Below, in pieces: positions 1 through 13,191 of a stretch of DNA of 64,000 nucleotides. The stretch's first letter is position 1; every line of letters starts with the position of its first letter. The translations under genes and the position numbers were made by a program. The stretch is from NCBI GenBank assembly GCA_964016885.1, contig OZ024742.1, forward strand, positions 252,960,001-253,024,000, read 5' to 3'. The notes beneath the pieces are model-generated. The model was not told the DNA's origin. It ran no database searches and was given only the letters and a program-made list of their open reading frames with translations. This DNA is from Eledone cirrhosa. Taxonomy: Eukaryota.

Positions 1-302
1 TTGAAAATTTACATTGAGCCTTTTCTCCTACCGGTAACTGGCTAGTACTTAGTACTACCATCCATATTTATAATCATATATAAGTATAAATATTATTATT
101 ATTACTATGTATGTATAATATCTGCCCTACGTGTTTTCTTCCAACAAAAATCCATGCAAGATGTAAATATCCGTTGATATGAGATATTCGTTGATATCCG
201 TTGATATGAGAACCCGTGGGGGTGATGTTATACAAATGAAATACGCATAATAAAATGAATAGGGATGGGCAAATGATACCGTCTTTCTTGTTTATTATTA
301 TA

Positions 303-410
303 ACCCGCCGAGGTTAACTTTGCCTTTCATCCTTATGGATCGATAAAATAAAGTACCAGTAATACACTGCGTAATTGCTGGCCTTGTGCCAAATTAGAAA
401 CAATTATTAT
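303..410 (+). mobile_element. Meta-domain SINE fragment
   Basis: gaggttaactttgcctttcatcctt...gataaaataaagtaccag followed by an (ATT)n tail. The same module recurs at 27645-27940, 38972-39605 and 46886-47560. Confidence 0.7.
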
Positions 411-789
411 AATAAAACTCCGGATAAACATAAACTGTTGAGTGTTTGTCATCTCTTATGAAAGAGTCGGCAGATTTTCAATCACCCAACTTTCCTTAGT
501 TGAATAAATATATGTATGTATATATATGTATATTTTCTTTAATATTGCAACATTAAAGGAATATACCCTTCTGAAAGAATCGCGAGCAATTTATAATGTT
601 ATTTAAGCATTGGTAATGTTATTTATGTATATATTTAAAACATATTTGCTATGTTATTCTACTGTAAATTTATGTATATGCTTTGTATATATTATATATA
701 CACAAATAATGAATCTGTATATTAAAATATCGTTTGTATTATTCAATCAGTTTATTGAACAACTAGAATGCTCATCGTCAAGTACTTTA

Positions 790-790
790 T

Positions 791-875
<85 letters not shown>

Positions 876-965
876 AATCTATATATATGTATATATATGT
901 ATGTATATCTATATGTATATGTGTGTGTGTATGTATATATATGTGTGTATGTATGAATATATATG
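790..965. repeat. (TA)n/(TG)n compound microsatellite
   Basis: Seen directly. Similar tracts occur throughout (e.g. 16945-17060, 33450-33775, 36250-36575). Confidence 0.95.
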
Positions 966-3900
966 TATATACATTCTTCTGGAAAGGAAGAGATGAAGGA
1001 ACCAGAAGAGAGGCTGGGGTAGGATTTGCTGTTAAGACTGTTCTTGTGAATAAATTAGAAGAATTCCCAGTAGGGATTAGTGAGCGTCTTATGTCCATGA
1101 GAATTCCGCTGGACAAAGGAAGATATGCGACCCTGGTGAGTGTGTATGCTCCAACTATGAATTCTGTCGATGAAGAAAAAGTGTCCTTTTACCATGCCTT
1201 GAAAGGTGTTTTAAGAAATATCCCTCAGGCAGACAAAGTCATCGTGCTTGGTGACTTTAATGCTAGAGTGGGTAGCGATTTTAACACATGGAATGTAATC
1301 GGAAGGCATGGGGTGGGAAAGTGTAACAACAATGGTATGCTCCTGCTGCAGATGTGTGAGGAGCTGGATCTGTGTGTTACCAACACCATGTTCCAACAAA
1401 AGAACAAATTCAAGACCACATGGATGCATCCTGCATCTAAGGAATGGCATCTTTTGGACTACGTCCTAGTCAGGATGCGTGACAGACAGGATGTGCAGTG
1501 TGTTCATGCTCTTCGTGGAGCTGAGTGCTGGACGGACCACCGCCTTGTACGCGCAAAAGTGAAACTAATCACTAAACGTAAAATCCGGGCTCCTGGTGTT
1601 GCCCTGCCCAAAAGATTGAACGCTGCTCGTCTTAAGGATAAAAATGTGAAGAGGACATTGGAAGAAGAGATGCAGGCTGCAGATCTTCGTGAGGATTGGC
1701 CGACCCTTAAAAAGTCGGTTTATGATGTAGGCGTGTTCTGGGATTGGTGCAGAGAAAACATCAGGACTGGTTTAATGAGAATGATGCACATATAGAAGAC
1801 TTGTTGGCTGATAAGAGGCGTGCTCTGTCACGCTACTTGACGGCAAAACCACAGGAGAGGAATACGTTACATGAGGAACTCAAGGATGTAAAATCACGTG
1901 TTAGGCGGAGTCTTTCTCAGATGAAAGATCAGTGGTGGAGTGAGAAGGCTGGTGAGATACAAACTGCGTCAGATTCCAATAACACAAAGCTGTTGTACAG
2001 TCTCTTGCGTGAGGTTTATGGACCGTCTTCTTCTCTGGTGACACCGCTTCGCAGCAAGGATGGCAAAGAACTTCTTCGTGACTAACAAGGAATTCTACGA
2101 AGGTGGCGAGAGCACTTTGATGATCTTCTGAATCAGCCGTCTGTCGTCAGTGAAGATTTCCTCAATCTCATTCCAGAAAGTCCTGTGAAAGTAGCTCTCG
2201 CAGAACCTCCGACGCTTGTGGAGGTTGCAGTGGCTATCTCGAAGCTGAACAGTGGAAGGTCTCCAGGTATGGATGGCATACATGCTGAGCTCCTACAATA
2301 TGGTGGTGAGAGACTCCTGCAGCATCTTCACTCTTTGTTTGGCAGGATATGGGCTAATGAATCCGTACCTGAGGACTGGAGAGATGCAGTAATGGTGGTC
2401 TTGTACAAGGGAAAGGGTAACAGGAATGATTGTGGGAACTACAGAGGTATATCATTGCTTTCTGTCGTAGGGAAAGTTTTATGTAGGGTGCTTCTGGACC
2501 GTCTGCTGACACACATTGCAGATTGTGTTCTTCCTGAAAGTCAATCTGGTTTTCGTGCTGGACGCGGCACTACTGATATGATCTTCTCAGCTAAACAGCT
2601 CCAGGAGAAGTGCATGGAACAAGGTTTGGATCTGTATCAGGTTTTTGTCGATCTGACAAAAGCTTTCGATACTGTTAACAGAGATGCATTATGGAAGGTT
2701 CTCCAGAAACTTGGTTGCCCTGATAAGTTCCTTGCTTTAGTTAGGTCTTTCCATGACGACATGAAGGCTTGGGTTAATGTCGGAGGTAACATGTCGGAGC
2801 CTATCTCATTAAAAAATGGAGTGAAACAGGGGGATATTCCAGCACCGACCCTGTTTGCCATATACTTTGCAATGGTTTTCTATATTGCATTCAGGAATTG
2901 CGAGCATGGTGTTTACATCCGATATCGAACCTCAGGCAGCATATTTAACATCAGGCGCTTTGCTGCAAAGACAAAAGTATTTACATCAATCATAAGAGAC
3001 CTCTTGTATGCAGATGATTGCGATCTTGTAGCGCACACAGAGAGTGATATGCAGCACATTTTGAATGCATTTTCTAACGCTTGCACTGCCCTAGGATTGA
3101 CTGTCAGTCTCAAGAAAACCGTCGTCATGTACCAACCTGCCCCTAGTAAGCAGTACACTGAACCAAATATCTATGTGTATGGTAAACGACTTGGAGTGGT
3201 TGATCAGTTTGTTTACCTGGGAAGCACTGTCAATCGACACAGCAACCTTGACAGTGAAATCTCACTTAGGATTAGGAAAGCAAGTGATGCTTTCGGAAAG
3301 CTAGAAAGGCGACTCTGGGGTCGGCGAGACATATGCAGGAGGACAAAGGTAAAGGTGTACAAGGCATGTGTGCTCTATTGTCTTCTTTATGCCTGCGAGA
3401 CCTGGGTCACATATGGACACCACCTTAAGCAATTGGAGCGTTTCCATCAGATGTGTCTCAGACGGATCCATGGCGTTCACTGGAGGGACCACATCAGTGA
3501 TGTCGAGATTTTGGAAAGCTCTATGTGTGACAGTATAGAAGCTCTTGTGCTTAAGCAACGACTCCGTTGGAGTGGTCACCTTGCCAGGATGAAGGATTCT
3601 AGAATACCAAAACAACTCTTTTATGGAGAGTTGGTTAAAGGAAAACGACCTCCACATAAACCAAAAAAGAGGTATAAGGATTCCTTGAAAGCCTCTTTAA
3701 AAGACGCTAACATCTCTGCTGATACATGGGAAAATATTGCTGCTGATCGTAATAAATGGAGAAAGACTGTGTATGAGGGAAAAGTTGCCTTTGAGGCATC
3801 TCGAATCGCATACGAGAAAGTAAAGCGGGATGTGAGGAAGGGCAAAGCTGGACTCGAAAGTCATCTTCGCAGTCATAAAGTACGACCAGTGGTTGACTAC

Positions 3901-4392
3901 CAGGCTGCTGTTGGAGATGCTACTCATCATGCTTGCCAAACATGTGGTAGAGAATGTAAATCAGCAGGAGGGCTCAAGCGACATGCAAAAGTACATGAAC
4001 TCCAACCACAGCCGGATATTCCCAGTGAATGTTTTGGTTGCCGACTCTGTGCAAGACATTTTAGATCATTGGCTGGGCTAAAAAGCCACATTCGATCGCA
4101 GCGCTGTTAGTTGCTATCGTGTGTGTGTGTGTGTATAGATATCTTTATGTGTGCGCGTGTGTGTGTGTATATATATATATATATGTATATTATTATTGTT
4201 GTTATTATTATTATTATTGTTATTAATGTATATGTGTGTGTGTATATATATATGTGTATATATGTATATGTATGTGTGTATATATATATATATATATTTT
4301 TTTATTTTATTTTATTTTTTTTTTTATTTATCTATTAATACGTTTTTTCTCCTCGTGCAATGGCCATACTCGATAACGAGGGGGCAGCCATC
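966..4392 (+). mobile_element. BovB-like RTE LINE, 5'-truncated, disrupted
   Basis: APE endonuclease motifs (YTFFWKG, VSVYAPT, LGDFNARVG, LLDYVLV, TDHRLV), a frameshift near 1740 and a stop at 2083-2085, then the RT. An RTE-type 3' tail ggccatactcg...gcagccatcat lies at 4350-4392. Confidence 0.9.
2185..4110 (+). pseudogene. Open RT plus C-terminal segment of the RTE ORF, with two C2H2-type zinc fingers
   Basis: NYRGISLL, QSGFR, FVDLTKAFD, GVKQG, LYADD, FVYLGS. C-terminal CQTC-x12-H-x3-H and CRLC-x12-H-x5-C. Confidence 0.85.
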
Positions 4393-4615
4393 ATATGTAT
4401 ATATATATATATATGAAGATAAATTAACGGAGCCATAGAGTCGCGTTATTCCCTGTAAATTATGTGCTCAAAGAGAAAGGAATCCTATACATATTGTATA
4501 TGTATATATATATGTATATGTGTGTATGTATGTATATATATATATATGAATGTATATATATATATATGTATGTGTATATATATAGATGTAATCTGAATTT
4601 TATAGATGTAATCTG

Positions 4616-5689
4616 AATAGTATGGTAGAATATTAAGTATTAAATGTTAATTAAACAAGTACTTTCATGCTTTCTCAATCTTCAGGTTCATATTCTGTGG
4701 TGACAGTCAAGTTTGCAATTTTCAACTGTAATGAGATGGGTAGATTGTGTGCCTTATATACAATGAAAAGCGGCTACAGAATGCTAAATTTTGCAAACTG
4801 TATTTCGACCAATTGGTGTGTAGTTTCACTGGATTACTGAAGCTGATTGGTTTAGGCGTCATGGTTGGTTGAGCATGTCTAACGACTTCTATTTGGCTCT
4901 ATCCAAAGCATCAATTGTTTTGCTATTTTTTAAAATGTTGTAAATAGCATTTTATAGGGTTTTTATACCCCTAAGAATTATTATTGTTCATTTAGCTTGG
5001 GTTGGAATTTATCAATAAAATTCTTTTCTTTGATTTTTCTCTTGATTTCACTTGGCCTGTGTAATTTGTAGAATGGAAATATTATAAATATTTTCTGACC
5101 ACATGTTGCTAGATGGTTACTCAGGGGTATCTGACGGACATTTGGGTCTCTGATTTGCTGTCGGTGCACCCGTGCACGTTCCGATAGTGCATTTCCAGTT
5201 TGACCGACATATAGTTATTCACAATCGGGCATTTAATGCAGTAAATTAGATTTCTGCTTTTGCAGTTCATATTTGCATTTGGGAATATTTTTCAAAATTC
5301 CAACCCAAGCTAAATGAACAATAATAATTCTTACGGGTATAAAAACCCTATAAAATGCTATTTTCATCATTTCTAAAAATAGCAAAACAATTGATGCTAT
5401 GAATAGGGCCAAATAGAAGTCGTTAGACATTCCCAACCTACCGTGATGCCTAAACAAACCAGCTTCAGTAATCCAGTGAAACTACACACCAATTGGTCGA
5501 AATACAGTTTTCAAAATGTAGCATTCTGTAGCCGCTTTTCATTGTATATAAGGCACAACATTTACCCATCTCATTACAGTTTAAAATTGTAAACTTGACT
5601 GTCACCACAGAATATGAACCTGAAGATTGCGAAAGCATGAAATTACTTGTTCAATAAATATCTAACACTTAATATTCTACCATACTATT
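4616..5689 (-). mobile_element. Penelope-like element remnant: GIY-YIG C-terminus with an inverted ~395-bp terminal repeat
   Basis: The - strand at ~4984-5235 reads ...VGQTGNALSERARVHRQQIRDP...HLATC...EKNFIDKFQPKLN. Arms 4616-5010 and 5295-5689 are reverse complements (~90% by eye). Confidence 0.8.
5615..5653 (+). ncRNA. Candidate minimal hammerhead ribozyme (variant) in the Penelope terminal repeat
   Basis: tgaac-CTGAAGA-ttgc gaaa gcat-GAAA-ttac-TT-gttca. The mirror copy at ~4652-4690 (-) has the palindromic AAGTACTT stem III. Confidence 0.5.
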
Positions 5690-5812
5690 TCATTCTAATA
5701 CCATTCTAATTTTAAAGGATTGTAAATAAAACGAGTAAATCAGACAAAGTTGGAATTCCTTTTATTAATATAATCTTCTATACACAATCAAACACACCCG
5801 TGTATATTTATT

Positions 5813-5881
<69 letters not shown>

Positions 5882-6073
5882 CTTTTAAGCTATTTTGTAG
5901 TATCTCTGTTCAGGAACACACCACTTATATTAAATTTATCTCCCTGGAGCTTTGTGAAAGTCTGAGAGATTGGCTATATGTATGTTTTATATATTTTTTT
6001 TTGTTTAGATGGAAGACAAAACAAAGAAGTTGAATACAAAGATGAAGAAGAGAAAGATAAAGATGAAGAACCT

Positions 6074-7048
6074 CACTGCACCGCACTGCACAACACCGCA
6101 CTGCACAACACCACACTGCACCGCACCGCACTGCACCACACCACATCGCAGTACACCGCACCACATCACATCACTCTTCACCACACCACATAAAAACATA
6201 CAACACTACACCACACTACTCCACACCACATAACACCACAACACAGCACACCACTCCTCACTACTCCACTCCATATAAAAACACACCACAACACACCACT
6301 CCTCACTACATCACACCACACTACTCCACACCACATAAAAACACACCACAACACACCACTCCTCACTACATCACACCACATTAGAACACACCACACTACT
6401 CCACTCCACATCACACCACAACGCAACACACCACTCCTCACTACATCACACCACATTAGAACACACCACACTACTCAACACCACATCACACCACAACACA
6501 ACACACCACTCCTCACTACATTACACCACACTACTCCACTCCACATAAAAACACACCACAACACACCACTCCTCACTACATCACACCACACTACATCATA
6601 CCACATAAGAACACACTACACTACTCCACACCACATAACACCACAACACAACACACCACTCCTCACTACAACACACCACAACACAACACACCACTCCTCA
6701 CTACAACACAACACACCACTCCTCACTACAACACACCACACTACTCCACACCACATAACCCCACAACACAACACACCACACCTCACTACATCACACCACA
6801 TAAGAACACACCACACTACTCCACATAAAAACACACCACACTACTCCACACCACATAACACCACAATACAACACACCACTCCTCAATACATCACTCCACA
6901 TAAGAACACACCACACTACTCCACACCACATAACACCATAACACAACACACCACTCCTCACTACAACACAACACACTACTCATCACTACAACACACCACA
7001 CTACTCCACAAAAACACCCCACACTACTCCACACCACATAACACCCAA
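6074..7048. repeat. Degenerate (CACCA/CACTA)n pentamer array
   Basis: C/A-rich 5-bp periodicity with higher-order blocks. Confidence 0.9.
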
Positions 7049-7384
7049 CATTTTTTCCTCATCTTTTTTTCATGTGTTATCAACTAATCTGATCTCCAAG
7101 ATGTTTGTTATTGACTCTCTCTTCATGGAAAACTTAGGTGGATCCACTTCTCTCATTTAACCCCAGAGTTTTCTCTAAGATTTTTCGTATGTTATCAACG
7201 AATATGACCTCCAAACCAGTTGGAAATGATTAGTTGTTCTAGAAAAAAGGAGGGGTAAAGCAGGTGGAAACACCATTGTCGTTTTGTAGATATATACCCT
7301 AATGATTTTTCTTCAGTATCCTTTTGAGTGCTATCAACTAATCTCACCTTTTAGTTGCTCTGAATCAATTTTTTTTCCTGGGAT

Positions 7385-7592
7385 TTGGAAACTAAAACTA
7401 AATTAAACATAAAATTAAATCTAGCCCCAACCCTAAACTCTAAATCTAAACCAAACCAAGCTAAATCTAAATATAAACATTACCCAAACCTAAATCTAAA
7501 TATAAACATTACCCCAACCATAAAACTAAACCCTAAACTTTACCCCAACCCTAAGCTAAACCCTAAACATTACCCCAACCCTAAACCTAAAC
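7385..7592. repeat. Degenerate CCCTAA/CTAAAC hexamer array flanked by short inverted repeats
   Basis: ctaaaccctaaac...; flanks aatcaattttttttcctgg and ccagggaaacaagttgatt. Confidence 0.8.
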
Positions 7593-7944
7593 CAGGGAAA
7601 CAAGTTGATTGGAAGCATCTAGGAGGTCAGATTAATTAATAGCACAGGAAATATACCGAAAATGATTAAGTCCCACAGCATGTGAGTGGAGTGTAGATCT
7701 GCAAAACTCTTCCCCTCTCCCTCTCCTCTTTCTCCAAAGCTAGTTGTTTTTGACTGATTTGGAAGTCATATTCACTGATAAGGCATGGAAATAGAATCAA
7801 AGAGAAAATTCCGAGTAAGCAGGGGTTATCCGGGTGAAGGGGGAACCACCTCACCCCGCCGTTTTCCTGGGGAGAAAAAGTCAGTTTCAAGCATCTTGGA
7901 GATTGGATTTGTTGATAGCACATGAAAAATAGGATGAAAAAATT

Positions 7945-8585
7945 TCACATCACATCACACCACATCAAATCACTCCGCATACCATTACATCACACCACAC
8001 CAAATCTCACCACACTCCATCACACCACACCAAATCTCACCACACCCCATCACACCACATCTCACCACATCACATCACATCACATCACATCACACCACAC
8101 CACATCAGACCACACCATATCACATCTCACCACATCACATCACACCACATCACACCACATCACACCATATCACATCACATCACGTCACGTCTCATCTCGT
8201 CTCGTCGCGTCTCGTCGTGTCTCGTCTTGTCTCGTCTCATCTCGTCTCGCCTCGCCTCATTTCACCACGCCATGCCACATTTCATCACATCACATCACAT
8301 TTCACCACGCCACGCCACATTTCATCACATCACATCACATTTCACCATGCCACATCACATCACATGCCATCACACCACATGCTACCACACTACATCCCAC
8401 CACACTCCACTACACCATATCCCCTACCCTACATTGAACCACACTCCACTCCACCACACTCCACTACACCACACCACTGTCCACTACACTAAACCACACT
8501 GCACTACACTACACCACACCACTGTCCACTACACTAAATCACACTCCACTACACTACACCACACCACACTACACCACACCACTGT
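7945..8585. repeat. (CACAT/CACCA/TCTCG)n pentamer array
   Basis: Seen directly; the unit drifts along the array. Confidence 0.9.
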
Positions 8586-9899
8586 CTATTCGACTGTTTT
8601 CTATTTCGTAGGTATGTCCAGTTACAGTAAGAGAAAGTTATTTCAAAGGATCTGAGTAAGTAAACACTTCATTGACCATCATTTTAAGCAGAATCTCAGT
8701 GTAGTTTTAAATTGACTTTTTCATATGATTACACCTCAGTCTTAACTTAATCACCTGTAGATGGATGCTACATGTAATGTTAAAATTAGTTAAACACTGT
8801 TTCCCCCTTCTCATCACATATGGATGCTACATGTGTATTGTTAACATTAATCTAACATTGTGCCCCCCCCCCCCCCCCCGCCTCACCATATCATACCACA
8901 CCACATCACACCATGTTGTACCACACCAGACCACATAACACCATGCTATACCATATATATATATATATATATATATATGAGCTCCCCACTCGTTATATTA
9001 ACTGTATCTCCTCGGTGTTTCGTGAAAGTCTGAGAGATCAGCTATTTATTTGTTTACAATTTTTTTTTATATTTAGATGGAAAAGAAGAAAAAGATGACG
9101 AAGCAGACGACTAAATGAAAATGACAACAAAGACAAAGAAGACACGGGAAACGATGACGAAAAGAAGAAGAAAGTATGATCTCAGTTCAGTCTAAACCTA
9201 ATGATTTATAGATATGATCTTAGTTCAGTCTTAACCTAATGACCTGTAGATACGATCTATTTAGGTTTAACTTAAACATTCAAAGATATTTGTATATACT
9301 TTTGTTGATGTTTGACATTGTTTTTTAGTTATGAAATAGCTTATAAGCTACATTATAGGATCACAGTGCATGAGCACACTGCTCTTTAAATTAACTTTAT
9401 CTCCTCAGCACTTTGTAAAGTCTGAGAGATAGGCAACATATATGTTTAACATTCTTTGTTTTTGGTATTTAGATGGCAGAGGAGAAGATAAAGGCACAGA
9501 AGAAGTCAAAGGCACAGAAGCAGTCAAAGGCACAGAATAAGTCAAAGGCACAGAAGAAAACAAAGGCACAGAAGAAGACAAAGAAAATGAACAAGAAGAA
9601 CAATTATTATTACTATTATTATTGTTATTATTATTTGTATTATTATAATCAAACTAAGCCACACTACATCAACCTATACCATACCACACCACACTGACAA
9701 ACATTATACCATACCACATTATCCAACACCACACTACGAAACACTGTACGACCTCACATCAGACCATGCTATGGAACAATATACTATACTACACTATACA
9801 ACAATAGACAACACCACACAAGACTATGAAACACTATAGTTTACCACACTATATCACACCACTCAAGTTAGAGAGGATCAACTTTTTTCCTGGAAAGTA

Positions 9900-12842
9900 G
9901 AAAACCTAACTTTAAGCTAAAACCGAACTTTAAAAATAACACTTACCCTAACACTTGCACTCACACATGCTCTAACAGTGAACTTAGCGCTAACATGAAA
10001 ACTAACACAAACACAAAATCTGAAAACTAACATTAAATAGAAAACTAACACAAACACAAACCTGAACACTAACACTAAAACTGACACTAACACTAACCTG
10101 AACACCAGCACTAAAACTAACACTACCGTAAACACTAATACAAACACTAACACTAATCTGAACACTTACACTAAAACTAACATTAGCACAAACATTAGCC
10201 TGAACACTAGCACTAAAACTAACACTACCATAAACACTAACACTGAGCTGAGTACTAACACAAACACTAATCTGAAAACTTATACTAACCAGAAAACTAA
10301 GCTAACATTAATTTCAACACTAAAACAAACACTAACGCTAACAGAGATACTAACACAAATAGTAACACAAAAACAAACACTAACACAATCTCTAACACTA
10401 ACCTCAACACTAACACTAAAACTAACATTAACTTGAACCCTAACTCTAACCTGAAAACTAAGCTAACATTAACCTGAACACTAACATAAACACTAATGCT
10501 AACACTAACAGAAATACTAATGCTAACATTAACGCTAACCTTAACACAAAAACAAAGACTAACGCTAACACAATCACTAACACTAATGGAAACATCAAAC
10601 ACTAATGCTAACAGAGATACTAACACAAATATTAACACAAAAACAAATACTAACACTAACACAATCTCTAACACTAACCTTAACACTAAAACTAACACTA
10701 ACATTAACTTGAACACTAACACTAACCTGAACACTTACACTAAAACTAACACTAACAGAGATACTAACACAAATATTAACACAAAAACAAACACTAACAC
10801 AATCTCTAACACCAAAACTAACATTAACTTGAAGACTAACACTAACCTGAAAACTAAGCTAACATTAACCTGCACACTAACACAAACACTAATGCTAACA
10901 CTAACAGAAATACTAATGCTAACATTAACACAAAAACAAAGACTAACGCTAACACAATCACTAACACTAATGGAAACATCAATCACCGATGCTAACAGAG
11001 ATACTAACACAAATATTAACACAAAAACAAACACTAACACAATCTCTAACACTAACCTTAACACTAAAACTAACATTAACACTAACATAACTTGAACACT
11101 AACACTAACCTGAACACTTACACTAAAACTAACACTAACACTAACCTGAACACTAACACTAAAACTGACATTAACACGAACATTAACCTGAACACTAACA
11201 CTACCATAAACCACTAACCTGAGCACTAACACTAAAAGTAACACGAGCCCTAACCTGAAAACTAACACTAACCAGAAAACTAAGTCAACATTAACCTGAA
11301 CACTAACACTAACACAAACACTAACACTAACCTGAACACTAATACTAACAAAAATGCTAACACTAATACAAAATCAAACACTAACACGAACACTAATGGA
11401 AACACTAACACTAACGCCAACGCTGACACTGACGAAGATGGCTATGCTGGCACAAACGCTAGCGCAAATGTTGACAATCACTTATGCTGACACAAACACT
11501 AACGTGAATACTGATGCAGGTGCAAAGGCCAATGCTGACAAAGACTCTGATGTAAATGCTACACAGACTCTAACGCTGACGTGGACACTGACACAAATGC
11601 TCACGCTGATGCAAACACTAAAGCAAATGCAGACACTAATGCAAACACAGACGCAAATGTTGATGCAGATGTTAAAGCAAACGCAAATGCTGACGCAAAA
11701 GATGACAGCGATGCTAATGTGAACCTTAACGCAGACGTAAACATTGACGTAGAAGCTAAAGGAAACACTGATGCAAACACTAATGAAAATGCTAATGCAG
11801 ACGCTGACACAGACGCTAACACACGTTAACACAGATGCTAACGTAAACACTGACGCAGATGCTAATATAAACACTGACGCAGACGCTAACATAAACGCTG
11901 ACACAGATGCTAACACACGTTGACACAGACGCTAACGTAAACGATGACGCAGACGCAAATGTAAACGCTGACGCTGATGTAGATGTAAATACTGATGATG
12001 ACACAGATGCGGTTTGAAACGCTGACATAGAAGCTAACGTACACGCTGACACAGACGCTAACGGAAATGCTGACATAGAAGCTAACGGAAACACTGACAC
12101 AGACGCTAACGGAAATGCTGACATAGAAGCTAACGGAAACACTGACACAGACGCTAACGGAAATGCTGACATAGAAGCTAACGGAAACGCTGACACAGAC
12201 GCTAACGGAAATGCTGACATAGACGTTAAAGGAAACGCTGTCGCAAACGCTGATGCTCATGTGAATGCTGATGCAGATGCTGACGCAAATGCTAACCCCT
12301 ACACAAATGCAAACGTTGATGCTAACACTGACTCAAACACTAATGCAAATGCTGACGTGAACGCTGATGCAAACGCTGACACTGAGGGAAATGCTGACAC
12401 TGACACAAGAGCTGATGCGGACGCTAATGATAATGCTGACTCAGAAGCTGACGTAGACGCAGGCACTGAAACAAACACTAATGCTAACACTAATGTTGAC
12501 TCAGACACTAAGGGAAATGCTGACACAATCACTATCACCAGTGCAGACGCTGACGCAAATGCTGACATAGATGCTGACACTTACGCAAACACTAAGGCTA
12601 ATCCAAACACTAACGCAGATGCTAACACCAGTCTACATAGACACTAACACAAAGCTTACATAGACGCTTATGCAAATGCTAACGCTGATGCAGACAGTAA
12701 TGCAAACAGTAACTGTAAGAGTAACAGTTACAGTAACACTAACAGTGACAGTAATGCTAACAGTAACACAGTCACTAACAATAAACTTACCATTAACAGT
12801 AAAACTTACCCTAACACTAACCCTAAATCTAACATTAACCCA
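9900..12842. repeat. ~3 kb hexamer-periodic array (ACTAAC to GCTGAC to GTAACA to CTAACC)
   Basis: 6-bp periodicity gives dipeptide-repeat ORFs in several frames. Contains internal block duplications and a 48-bp higher-order unit near 12030-12230. Confidence 0.9.
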
Positions 12843-12949
12843 GAGAAAAAAGTCATTTGCAATCAAAGTCATTTAAGGTCACTCTTTAAGATATAGAAGA
12901 TAGGCATTACATTTTAATGAGTTTAATTTAAAGAGAATCATGCTATACG

Positions 12950-13160
12950 ATGCAACACAATAACACACCACACCACACTAACCTACACTACACCAAACCA
13001 GATTATACCTACCTTGGTAAATTTATGATAGGTTTCCATGTTATAACTACACCAAACTAAACCATACCAAACTACACCAAACCAAACCACACCATAACAA
13101 ACTACACCATACTACATCACACCAAGCTATTGATTTTGGTGTGACAAATTTTCATCTGGC

Positions 13161-13191
<31 letters not shown>

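Noticed and set aside
610-1116. ORFs rich in YI/CV/HT dipeptides here and at many other loci
   Set aside because: They are translations of (TA)n, (TG)n and (CA)n microsatellites.
7385-7592. Telomere or true interstitial telomeric array
   Set aside because: Only scattered CCCTAA units; it is a degenerate hexamer array inside a repeated module.
10297-12876. Repetitive Thr/Asn- or Ala/Asp-rich protein genes
   Set aside because: Open frames appear on both strands and in several frames from 6-bp periodicity, with frequent stops and no splice structure.
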